Positions 1 to 12,412 of a DNA stretch of 64,000 bases are shown piece by piece. The notes below the pieces were generated by a model that was not told where the DNA came from, did no database searches, and saw only the letters and a program-made list of their open reading frames with translations. The translations under genes and the position numbers were made by a program. Source of the stretch: the human T2T-CHM13v2.0 reference genome, Homo sapiens; assembly GCF_009914755.1 (NCBI RefSeq), contig NC_060938.1; one strand, written 5' to 3'. How positions within the stretch are numbered: the first letter of the stretch is position 1; each line of letters opens with the position of its first letter.

Positions 1-642
1 GCAAAGAAACAGTTGAATTTCACATAATAGTGTTGGCTGGGAAACTATTTCTTAAGAAAATGCAAGTGAAATTAATAATATTCGCCATAAGAAAATCCAA
101 GGATTCTGGGCTTCCTGATGCAATGGTATGTGGCCAAATAAGCTGATTTTACACATGTCATAGAGTGAAGTGACTAAATCTGGATTACTCTTTTCAACAC
201 TGATGACGATAAAGTGTAAAATGAAAACTATTTAAAGTGTAAGAAATATCTGCTCTTTGGTACGTAATTTCTTAATTTGGAGTAAATTCTAAGTCCAGGT
301 TTTGTTCTTTAATGCAAAAATAAAACAAATACACTCAGTTGTTCAAGAAAATCTGAAAATAGGAAGTTACTTCAATGCAAATAATATTTTCTTTGATAAT
401 ACATATTTGACTAAGACAAATCCATTTTAAAATTTAAAAATGATCTCTGTAAGTTTTTATGTTCCTTGGAAGAAAAGTGTTATGTGTTTTCCTTTCCCTA
501 GAAGTAATTGAAATATTTTTGTGCAGTTATCTGTGTTATTTTGGCGGCAGCTATTTGCAAAAGACAGAGGGCTGAAGTGGAGAAAACAGCAGCATGGTAT
601 TGTGGGAGAGGGTGTGCCTAGAACCTGAACCTGGCTTCTTTC

Positions 643-973
<331 letters not shown>

Positions 974-1057
974 TAGGCCTATGAGTTCCTACATCGGGAT
1001 TTTATTTATTTAAACTTGCTAACAGTTACTGAAAATTTATGTCCAGCACAAAATGTT

Positions 1058-1153
1058 TATATATATATATATATATATATAAAATATGTTATATATATAA
1101 ATATGTGTGTATATATATTTATATAACATATATAAATATGTGTGTATATATAT
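1058..1153. repeat. (TA)n microsatellite plus a duplicated 26-bp AT-rich unit
   Basis: (TA)12 at 1058-1081. The unit atatataaatatgtgtgtatatatat occurs at 1093-1118 and 1128-1153. Confidence 0.9.
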
Positions 1154-1184
1154 CTTCTACAATTTCTATATGAAATGAACAATA

Positions 1185-1285
1185 ATTATTCCCACTCTAC
1201 AGATGAGAAAACAGAGGTTCATAGCTAGTGAATGGTGGAACTGAGATTCAAACGTTAGTATCTCTTATTTCACAACCCACGTTCT
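1185..1285 (-). mobile_element. MIR SINE fragment
   Basis: attattcccactctacagatgagaaaacagagg...agctagtgaatggtggaactgagattcaaac resembles the antisense MIR core. Confidence 0.7.
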
Positions 1286-3660
1286 TATATTCTTTACTAC
1301 CTTCCACTTAAAAACCTAGAACTAGGAAAATATACTCCTTTCAGAATATTGTTTTCTTATATCTGTGGAAGCAGTAGCTAGTTTTCTGTGATAGGAGTAG
1401 AAAATGCAGCTATATATTTTACTAAGAAGAATTCCAGCACAGCATAGAAATAATGCGTAGTCTTGTGAAGATGTTGACCCGGAAAAACGGAGAAATGTTT
1501 TTCAGGTAGGCCTACAGTCTGGAGAATGGGTGCTCAATTGAGGATATTCTTAGAGGAGATAAATTGTCCTAGATTTAGGCAGATAAAACACTTACAAAAG
1601 TAGCAGCAAATTCTTCTCCATGTTGTACTTCTATTAAACAAAGAAAACTTCCTTAAACACTTAAAGGCTAGGTTCCGTGTGGGGGAAAAAAGAGGAAAGG
1701 AACTCATTTCATACTTGGGATAAATTAGGGAAAACCATACCTTCTGAAGTCACAGTAGTAGGAGGAAGGAAAGGCAGCTTTGCCTGGCAGAATGCTACCT
1801 CAGGGGAGTCAGCCACAGAGTGGGAGAAGCAGGCAGCACTACCGTGAGTCCTGCGGCAGATCCCAAGGGATTCATACTTGAACATGGAAGCCTCACCTTG
1901 AATAACCAGATGCTCGAGGCACACAATAATGAAACAGCTGAGGTTACTTTGAGGACTAATTTCCACTTATCATTCTGGTACAGGCTCAAGCTATTAAAAG
2001 GAATGGTGATTTTTTTTGTTTGTTTGTTTTTTTCAGGAACGATTATCGAATTCCGGGCATTGTATTACATCAGGAAGGCAATGTTAACTAAGTTCTAAGT
2101 AGTAATGAGACGCTGTGAGTCTATTATGAACTGAATACTCCCACAGCTCAAAGGAGGACAGAAAGTGGTGTGAAAAGCCTAACTTTGAACCAAACATAAA
2201 TATATGTTTGTGTTCTTTGTATCATGTCACTACATTTCACTTATCAGTCTCATGTATAGGCAGCCATTCCATTTTTCCATTCATTTTGTCATTTTTCCCT
2301 TAATGGTTTTCACGATGGCTTCTTTTTAGCTTTATCTTCAGTTGATACAGCATAATTAACTGCCACAGAGTAAAAATATTTTCTCTAACAAAAAGGAAGA
2401 CCCAAAGGAACAAAGATGCCATTTTCATTAATTATCTAAATAAAATGACATAAAGATACAAAGGAAAGTTATTTATCTCCTTAAAAAGTTTTCATTTAGT
2501 TAATTATAATTTCATATTGCTCTGTTAATTGATTTCTTAAAGCTTTCCCTAGTGCTCTAGGCCTTTTTTTTCTTCTGTATTCAAACATTCACAATTATAT
2601 GAGCTCTATCATTTTAAAATGCATTAAAAAAAGAAAACAGTTAAGGTAATATGCATTAATTCAGAATAAAATAGCCATATGTCCCTGAAAACCAACAAAG
2701 CTATTCACTATTCAATTCAACAACGGAATCTACTACTTTAAGGCTCACTGATTTATCCTGACTCTTGGAAAAGAGTGTATACCTCCGCGCATCTAGAAAT
2801 AACTGAACTGTCATTCTTGCCCCTCTGAGTGCAAACAGCTGATCACTGTTTACCACACAATCACTCTCAACTACTCAGTTGTTTCCCTCATTTTCTTTAC
2901 AATTTCCTTCTGCCTTCTTTATTCTTGGCATTTATCAAAAACATTTCTTTTGAGGGTGAAGAGATTTATTTATTTATTTCCTAAAGAGGAAAGAATCTTT
3001 AGTTTTGGCATGTGCATAAGTCAAATATTTTTCACAATGCTGTATTGTCAGGACAAATGTTTTGCCTCTCATCCTGTTGTTAAAGACTGGCCAGGGTGGG
3101 GCCTACTGACATTCCTTTGTATTAAAACCTCCCTTCCATAATTCACAAACAAACAGTTTTGATGTAATATTTTGCCAGGCAAACCAGAGCCAATTATTAA
3201 AATAGTTGATTCTTCCCTTAAACACTAGTTTGCTGTCCCAGAATGATTATTATTAAAGAATGTGAGCTTCTCAAATTTTTTACAAGATGTATGATGGCTA
3301 ATAACAATAAGCTGTAAATAGAGTTTGGTATTTGGGTAGGTTCTAAATAAACAGAAATATAACAAATCTCTGTTGTTATTTTCTTTGTTTTTGTTTGTTT
3401 GTTTGTTTTGATTTTGGTATACTGGTCCCTTGGCTCCATGAGAGAAGACATTCATTAATTAATATCTGTGGATAGAATATTAATATTTATTAACCTATAT
3501 AAAAATATTTTGTTTGTTTCTTTTTTCGCATGTAAATGATGATGAGTTACATGCAAAAAAAATACTTTCCCAAGAGCTGGCGAAATAGTATAATTTAACA
3601 ATTTTATTACATTATCATAAAATTGCAACTTAATATGTGACTACAGACAGGGGTGTCTCT

Positions 3661-3690
3661 GTGTGTGTATGAGAGTGTGTGTGTGTGTGT
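3661..3690. repeat. Imperfect (TG)n microsatellite
   Basis: Read directly from the sequence. Confidence 0.8.
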
Positions 3691-4665
3691 TTATGACATA
3701 CACAAAATCAATGAATTGGTAATCATTATTTAATAACAACTTCTAAAAAAACTTACAGGAGAGACATAGAAATGAAAGTAGAAATGTCTGGGCATATTTG
3801 ATGTTAATATTTCAACCAAATGTTTTGTGAATGAAAATGAAAAATAAATGTCTACATTTTTTTTCTCACATTTCTCTCCTTAGGGAATATACAACCTCTG
3901 CCAGAAGAGTTCAAAACCAATAAAAAAAGGAAGCAAACCCCATTTAATATATATTTTTAGCTAGGACTTGGCAAACTCAGATGCCAGGAGTAGTTCTACA
4001 GTTCTGAATACTAAATGTTCAACAGATGGCTCTCCTTCGATTTTATCCAATCTGGAAATGCCCCAACCGGAAACAAAGATGGTCTTCAGCCTGTCCCCTT
4101 TATAATAAAATATACTTCCCACACATGCTATAAATAGGAAGGTAAGAATTACAATCTGGTTTTATAAAATAATGAAAGTTAAAGGACTGCACCAATATTC
4201 TTTATGCAAATAAATATCTCCCCAAACAAGTTTTCATATCCATTTGCAAGTGAAGTATCAAGAGAATAAAAGATGAAGAAAAAAATGAACTCAAAGATGT
4301 TTTTAAATTCCTACTTTTAGCAATTTCTGGGTGACAACTCTCAACTATCTAGTGCCTGTACAATTTGAAAATTTATATCCATACCCCCACCCCTACTTCC
4401 AACTCTCAAAAAAAGCTACTTGGTTAAACAATAAAACCACAGAAATCTGACAATTTCCACAGCATGAGGATTTCTCCACTGTAAGACTGAAGATGAATCA
4501 CAATGAAGCTTAAAGAATAGTCATAAATTAGCTAACTGAAATACTAGACATTTCATATTCACAGAAGTGTAGCATGTGTTTACTGTTTTCATTATAAACA
4601 CAAATACATTTGGGGATAGTATCTAAGTGAGTGGAGTCAAAAGTAGCTCTTTTCAAATAGTCAAG

Positions 4666-5051
4666 TTTTTTAGCTAAAAAAGTTGATCTCATAGAAGTAA
4701 AAAGTAGAACAGAGGACACTAAAGGTTGGGAAGGGAAGAGGGAAGGGAGGAATGCAGAGAGATTTCTTCAAGGATGCAAAATTATAACTAGATAGGAGGA
4801 ATGCATTCTAGTGATCTGTTCCACCGTAAAATGACTATAGTTAACAATAATATATTATATATTTTCTAATAGCTAGAAGGATGATATTGAATGTTCCCAA
4901 CACAAAGAAATAATGAATGTATAAGGTGACGGATATGCTAATTATCCTGATCTGATCACTATTATATGTATTGAAACCACTATGTGCCCCAAAAATATGT
5001 ACAATGATTATGTCAATTTGAAAACTAAAAATTAAAAATTTAAAAACAAAA
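4666..5051 (+). mobile_element. 5'-truncated L1MA-type LINE-1 3' UTR
   Basis: L1MA 3'-end motifs (gttgatctcatagaagta, gaatgttcccaacacaaagaaa, ggatatgctaattatcctgat), an A-rich tail, and a perfect 12-bp TSD caaatagtcaag at 4654-4665 and 5052-5063. Confidence 0.9.
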
Positions 5052-5304
5052 CAAATAGTCAAGCTAACAACAGTTAACGGACAGCTAGTAAGTAACATAG
5101 CAAACATCCAATAAGCGGTAACTATTATTCTTGTTTTATTGTTAGTTGTAATCTGCTAGGCATCATATAATCTTGTGTCTGATTAAAAAATATGCAAATT
5201 TTATACTTCAGCACTTTAAAATTTTAGCCAGTGTGGGACAGAAAAAGCAAAACTGAAGCAGAGGTTAGAGGTTATCCTAATTGCATTTTTAAAAATCCCT
5301 TTCT

Positions 5305-5420
5305 TTCTGACCTTGGACAAATCCCAAACTTTCTGTTTTGGTTCTTTCATGCATAAAACAATAGTCCTTCCTACTCAGAGAGTTGTTCTTAGTATTGCAT
5401 AACATGTTTATGAGAATACT
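5305..5420 (+). mobile_element. MIR fragment
   Basis: tgaccttggacaaat...aatagtccttcctactcagagagttgttc resembles a degenerate MIR core. Confidence 0.45.
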
Positions 5421-6937
5421 TTACATATTAGATATTAATATTCCCTCCAACTGGAGTAAATATTCTTAATTATAGTTTTCTTATGGCACACATCCTATTT
5501 TTGTTAATTCACTCAAGAAACATTTATTTACCATTTATTGTGCCTGCCAGCATTCCAAGTACTGGGAATACAATAATAGATAAAATTGATAAGATTTCTG
5601 CCCTTGCAAAGCATATAATCCATGAACAATATAATTCATGGCAGATAAAGATAGAAAAGCAGGCAATTACAAAGCAGTAAGATTTTAGATGGTGAAGTAT
5701 ACAGAGTGGGAACGGTTCAGTGTGTCTTTTTAAGAAAGGCTGAAAAAAACTTGGTACCTATCTGAAAATGGAAAGATGAGACTAATGGAAGGACAACTGG
5801 GACGGGGGAGTGCACCACAAACACAACCACTGTGTTTAAGGAAGTGAAACTCTTGCATGGCTGGTTCTAAAGTATATAAAACAAGGATTGAGAAATGATC
5901 AGACGTAAGTAGGGGACCAACTAAACAGAGGTCTGCAGCCACATTAAAAAGCCTGAACTTTGATTTATGAACAATGAATTTTAAGCAGGCAAGCGACATG
6001 GCCAGATTTTATTTTTAAAAGTCATTCTAAAAGCAATCACACGTAACGGTTTCAATAGGGAAGAACGTGTTAAGAATGGATTAAGAATGGGTACCTTGAG
6101 GAGACTGAGGCAATAATGCCCGTATTTGAGAGTGGTATGTACTTTAGAAAAAGGCAGAAAACATGGCAATGAGAATGGATAAAGGTGATAAATGTAACAT
6201 GTTTTGATGGTAGAATTTTAAAAACGTGGCATTTTATTTGCCAGTGAGTAATAACGGGCATAAAGGAATGGAAAGAATTGGTAACTAGTCTAATAGACAA
6301 GATGACTCTAAGGTATCTGTCTCGAACTTCCAGGTGGTTGCTATTGTCATTCACTGTGCTAGAGAAGACAAGAGGAAATATGGGTTTTGGAAAATTGTTT
6401 GTTCAGATTTCAACATGTTAAGTTTGAAATGTTTGGAGCACTGCAACATGAAACACAGGATAGAGATATGGAATGGAGATAAAGATTTGGGAATCATCAG
6501 CATACAGTGGAAATTAGTCATGGGAATTTTGATAATCCAATGTAAGTGTAGGAAGCAGCAGAAGAAAGTGTGAAGGACATCATTACGATGTCCAATATGT
6601 AAAAATGGACAAATTCCACAAAAATGACTGACATGAAATGACCTGACATATTGGTATATAATGGGAAAAGTGCAATGTTATAAAAGCCAAAATATAAGGA
6701 AATGTTCAATAACATCAAGTGCTAGGAAAAGGTCAAGCAAAATCAGAATTGAGAAAGGTCCCAGGAAGAAGACAAGAGTGAAGTTTTAGGTGGAGAAGGC
6801 CGACTGAATTCAGAGATGAGAAAATAAAGTCAGGAGTATAAACTTTTTCATAAAAAGCCTGTCTATAAAGAGAAAAGTTTAGCTGCAGTAGCTGGAGGAA
6901 TACTTAGAATTGAAGAAAATAATTGTATTGTGCTCTG

Positions 6938-6959
6938 TCTCTCTCTCTCTCTCTCTCTC

Positions 6960-6991
<32 letters not shown>
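6938..6991. repeat. Compound (CT)n-(TG)n microsatellite
   Basis: Read directly from the sequence. Confidence 0.9.
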
Positions 6992-6992
<1 letters not shown>

Positions 6993-7014
6993 TTAAAATA
7001 GGAAAATCCTTAAA

Positions 7015-7307
7015 TTTTTTTTTTTTTTTTAAGATACAGTCTCACTCTGGAGCCCAGGCTGGAGTGCACTGGTGTGATCTCACTGCAACCCCTGCCTCCC
7101 AGGTTCAAGCGATTCTCATGCCTCAGGCTCCAGAGTAGCTGAGATTACAGGCGTGTGACACCACGCCCAGCTAATTTTTGTATTTTTAGTAGAGATGGGA
7201 TTTCACCATGTTGGCCAGGCTGGTCTGGAACTCCTGACTTCAGGTGATCCGCCCACCTCAGCCTCCCAAAATGCTGGGAGTATAGGCATGAGCTACCGCA
7301 TCAGGCC
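7015..7307 (-). mobile_element. Alu (AluSx-type), antisense
   Basis: Poly-T tail, both arms and the linker ctaatttttgtatttttagtagag. Short direct repeat ccttaa on both flanks. Confidence 0.95.
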
Positions 7308-8589
7308 CCTTAACATATTTAAATGCTTACGGTAAATTCATGAGAATTAGAAATTAAATATAATTGCTTGAGAGAGGGGGATAGTTTCTCGAGAAGGCAA
7401 AAAGGGATGAAATCCTTTGCACATTGGAGGGATGTGACTTAGACAGGAACAGAATACCTCCTTAACTGTAGCAGAAAGACCCAGAAACAGAGATGGAGAC
7501 AGAGAGACAAAGGCAGAGTGGAAAAAAATGAGTGCAGAAGCAAAAATCTTTGTAGAAATTGGTGGCAAGAACTTAAGAAAATTTTATTTTAGCGGCTTCT
7601 GTTAATCTAAAAGTCATTGCTGAATTTTTGAGTAGAAGAGGGAGTTAGTTTGCAAGTGGAGAAAAGTTGAATTTTAAAACATCTCCCAAGAAGAAATGGA
7701 GAGAGAATTACTGAGAAACATGAAATATTTCCTATGTACTGAGAATCCAGTGGAGATTGAAAGGATGGAAAAAATAAACTTATAGTGAAATCAATCTTTT
7801 TGTTTATTTGGACTTCTTTGGCAGTATACAGAATTTGTGGTGTAGGAGTAAAGAAAATAAACAGTTGAATTGATACAAATATTGACAAGCAACTGTAACA
7901 GAGAGACAAAAGGGAACTGGAATTGAAAGTATTCCCTAGAGCCTACTTGAAGTGATGAACGAAGAAATACAACGTGATAGGGAGACAAGTGCTAATAGAA
8001 AAGGTCTGTCAGAGGGCAGTAAAGTTTACCGGCACTGGATTGCCCTAGACATAAGTCCAAATGCCTCTTTTTCGTTTCTTAAATGTTTAACCTGGGCTGA
8101 GTCATTCAAAGAGATCAAATGGGTTTAACCTCTTCAGGTAACAGTTATGCACTTATCATATAATAAATACTCAACAAATGATAACCATCATTATTGCTAT
8201 TGACAAAGTCAAATATTTATAGTTAAGATAAAATGTTTAATAGATACCACATAATACATATCTTCAAATGCAAATTAGTTAGGTTGAAATAAGCTTCCCT
8301 ATTTACAAAATTATATGTGACTTTTCAAAGCAACTATACTATCTCCTTAAAATAATAAACTTATCTTTCTTTGGCACAAAGCCTTTTTTAGGAGTATGTT
8401 GGCATTTTTGTTTTCATTTTAAATTGTCTTTGAAAACATTCATTTTTTAAAAAAAACATGAATTAGTTTTCAAAAAGAAAAGATCTTACCTTCTAATAAT
8501 AGATTCTGAAATGTTTAGAGATAAAAGGCAATCGATACTAGAGTCAGTCCTTTCTGTTCTTCTCTGAGCTGCAAATTAACTGCTGACCT

Positions 8590-8740
8590 TTCCAGGTCCA
8601 TTCTCTCTTCTTCTCATTCTTTTACCCCCAGAAGGTTGATCCTTAAAGTCATGCATTAACCTGGCCCTCCTTTGCCTGCTGCCTTCCATGTGGCTCCAGC
8701 CAGTGAGAGGCACTGGCAGGAGATGAGAGGGCAAGAGCTA
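8590..8740. mobile_element. ERVL-class LTR fragment (LTR33-like)
   Basis: ccagtgagaggcactggcaggagatgagagggc resembles the recalled LTR33 motif ccaatgggaggcactggcaggagatcagagggc. Confidence 0.45.
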
Positions 8741-9353
8741 TCACATCAGATACATCCATTTCTCGAAGGCAGGACCTGCCCTGGCTTAAGCTTCATTTCA
8801 GGAAATAGGACGGGGACCTTATAACCCTGAAGTCAGCATATGACTGACTGTGTCCATTTAGATCTCTGTATATTGCTTGGAATTCGATTCCCTATCATGC
8901 TCCAACGATGTTCTGGAAATCTTTTTGTTAACTTTACTACTCCCCCAGGACAGAATCTGCCTTCTTTTAAACAGTCACCTGTAACTAACCCCACTTTATA
9001 CCATGATCTGCAACTGTATTGTGTGTAAGTTCACCCAAGGGCACTAGCGCATTTCCTGGCCCAGTGGAAAAGTAAGAGTTCTATATGCTGCTCTCATTTT
9101 CTGGGTGGAGTAATATTAAAGTAAAATAATACAGGGCATTTTCAAGGGTGGAGAACTGTCCAGTTAAGCTACAGCATAGACAGGGATATGGAAATAGCAG
9201 GTAGAAAGATTAGGACTCTAAGTGGGAGCCAAAACATTGGGGGCATATCTGAATAATACCGTTACCTATTTAAACATAAATGTTGTATATGAAATTCTAA
9301 ATATACAAAATACAGCATGTTCAAAATGAATTGGTCATTTTTGTAACAGACAT

Positions 9354-9395
9354 CGTGTGTGTGTGCACGCGTGTGTGTGTGTGCGCGCACACGTG
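9354..9395. repeat. Alternating purine/pyrimidine tract (TG/CG/CA)
   Basis: cgtgtgtgtgtgcacgcgtgtgtgtgtgtgcgcgcacacgtg, 42 bp of uninterrupted alternation. Confidence 0.9.
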
Positions 9396-9701
9396 GGAGT
9401 GTAAGACAATATAAATAATTGAAGCCTTCATTCAAAAAACTTCTGAAATAATTTCTAAAATCTAGAATTCCACTGGGAGAATGTATCTTAGAGGCAGAGA
9501 CAAGTAACCCTAGCATTTTAATAAATTTCCATTTCAATAGCTCTCAAGTACCTAAGTAATTTTGGTAGCTAGATCCAGGGAGCATGAAGAGATTTCAATA
9601 CAAAGTTTCAATAAAAGACAAGGGAGTTCTGAGTGCAGTGGGAAAAGGATAGTCAAAGGAAGAAGAGTGGTTGCCTGTGCAGGTGGATTTCTATTATGTG
9701 A

Positions 9702-10323
<622 letters not shown>

Positions 10324-10706
10324 TAACTATTCTTGGTTAAGGCTCAATAAGCACTTGCTAAATGAGATACAGGGTCTGAAAATCGTCTATCTGGACTCTT
10401 AGCCTTTAATGAGTTTCTTGTATATCCATTGCCCCACCTTATTCACTGAAAAGGTCTGCATCAATTATGCTATTCCATTATAAGTTTCATGTTAATACCT
10501 AAGAAAATAAGCCAATCATCCTTTTAATTATTATGATTTGCTAATGGATATGGAGCAGAAATCGTTTCACAGATGATTTCAGTGAAACCAGAAAAAGTAC
10601 CTCAAATACTTGAAGTTACAAATAATAAGAATAATTAGTAAAGCCTCACTATATCTTCAGCAGAATTTCATTCTAGGACTTATAGATGTTATATGCTCTC
10701 TAAATT

Positions 10707-10708
<2 letters not shown>

Positions 10709-10743
<35 letters not shown>

Positions 10744-10770
10744 TATATATATACACATATGCATATATAA
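10709..10770. repeat. (AC)15 followed by AT-rich dinucleotides
   Basis: Read directly from the sequence. Confidence 0.9.
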
Positions 10771-10947
10771 TTCCATGAGACTTATCATGAAAGGATCTTT
10801 TAAGAAAGAAATTAGTTTCCTATTCTATCCTGAGTTTTGGTTTCCTCTTATATAAAGTAGGCAAAAGGAGTTATCAGGATTCATTGAAATAACATTTATA
10901 AAACACCTGGCACATGATTATTTCAAAAATTAAATGCAATTTGTTCT

Positions 10948-11360
10948 TGACCCTGACACCCATCAGCCTCAGCAACTTACCTGGGCTGTACTGCTGCAAG
11001 GCTTCACGGACAGCCCCCATTACTTTAGTCAAGCCCAAATTTCTTCCTCATCGGTTACCTATCTCAGCATAATTCTTCATGAAAACACACGTGCTCTCCC
11101 TGCTGATCGTGTCTGGCTAATCTCCCAAACTCCAACCCCTTCCACAAAATAACAACTGCTTTCCTTCCTAGGCATGGTTAGGTACTTCTGCCTTTGGATA
11201 CCTAGTTTTACCATCCTGACTAAACCATTGTATAAACTCACAAAAGCAAACCTAGCTGACTCTCTTTTTGGACTCAGCCCACCGGCACTCAGGTGATTAA
11301 AAAGCTTTATTGCTCACACAAAGCCTGTTTGGTGGTCTCTTCACATGGACGCAACTGACA
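10948..11360 (+). mobile_element. HERV-H remnant: pol (RT) fragment fused to the 3' part of LTR7
   Basis: Translation QLTWAVLLQGFTDSPHYFSQAQISSSSVTYLSIILHENTRALPADRV matches HERV-H RT (LPQGF region). 11255-11360 matches LTR7 R/U5 (ggactcagccc, attaaaaagctttattgctcacacaaagcctgtttggtggtctcttcac). Ends are TG...CA with GTTCT repeated on both flanks. Confidence 0.9.
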
Positions 11361-11656
11361 GTTCTTACATTTAGTATGACTTGCTCACCTAATCTCATTT
11401 TTTCCTTGCAAGATTATTGTGAGAAAAAACATGGCATAATATTTGCAAAAGGTTTTTGTAAATCATAAGTTACTAAACAGATAGTAATGACTATTTTCAG
11501 TAAAGTTACTACAATACTATTCCCTACATTTCAATATCTCCCATTTTGTCATTAATCTTTTTTTTGTGGTGATTATTTCGAGAGCATTTGAGGAGGGGAC
11601 ATGCTTTACTTTACAATGCTTCATGCTTTAGTGAATAGTCTGGAAATGTTGATGGC

Positions 11657-12233
11657 TGTTGTGATACCTCGGTTCTTTTCTTTTTGGCTTAAAAGAATTT
11701 AAATGAGACACACAGCAAAGGAGATGCAGTATAGAATAATTCACTGCAAAAGAAAAAGAATATTTTGAAAGTTAGGTGCAGAATAGACAGTACACCCTGA
11801 AAGAGAGGATTCAGGGTGAGCTGCTTGTAAGGATGAGGCAACATTAATTATTGCTTGAGAAACTCCCTTTATTGGAGTTTTACATGATTATTCAAGAGGA
11901 GGTGGCAAGAGGTGTTACTAGCAAGCATGTTCTGGGTGGTCTTCTGGGTGCACATGCACAGTAGCTGTACATGCTTGCTCATACATGGCATATTTCATTA
12001 GCATCTTAAATCTCCACCCAGGGGTGTGTCTTTTACTATTACAATGAGCAAAAGGAAAGGTGAAATGAAAATGCATATACTTTCTAGAAGGGAAAGTCCC
12101 TACTGAAGATAGCTTTGCTTGAATGAGCTCAATTACAATGAGAATGCTAAGGTTTATTGTGTCGGATGTATGGTCACTACAGTTGCTGCTGCCAGGAAAC
12201 ATGATCATTTCCTTGACTACCTCTCCTGCCTCA
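11657..12233 (-). mobile_element. ERV1-class solo LTR (MER4-group-like, subfamily not assigned)
   Basis: About 575 bp with tg...ca ends. The reverse strand begins TGAGGCAGGAGAGGTAGTCAAGG, typical of MER4-group LTRs. No clear TSD. Confidence 0.7.
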
Positions 12234-12243
12234 GTAAGTCATG

Positions 12244-12412
12244 TGTTACAAGCTACATTGTGTTCTCTCAAAATTTGTATGTTGAAGTCCTAATCCTAGT
12301 TCCTCAAAATATAATCACATTTCGAGAAAAGATCTTTTAGGAGGTGATTAAGTTAAAACGAGATTGTACGAAGGAATCTGAATCCAATCTGCCTGGTGTA
12401 CTTATAAGAAGA
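12244..12412 (+). mobile_element. MaLR LTR (MLT1A/B-type), 5' part
   Basis: caaaatttgtatgttgaagtcctaa...gaggtgattaagttaaaa...aatccaat...ggtgtacttataagaag matches the 5' half of MLT1. Confidence 0.85.

Larger units (their letters stand above)
5503..7990 (-). mobile_element. LINE-2 remnant, interrupted by a microsatellite and an Alu
   Basis: Antisense L2 3' end (attcactcaagaaacatttattta...gtgcc...actgggaatacaa...ctgcccttg) followed by long purine-rich L2-like sequence. The right boundary is approximate. Confidence 0.65.

Noticed and set aside
4128-4212. MEF2 site CTATAAATAG and octamer ATGCAAAT
   Set aside because: AT-rich motifs recur by chance here (ATGCAAAT also near 375, 5192 and 8268), and there is no supporting context.
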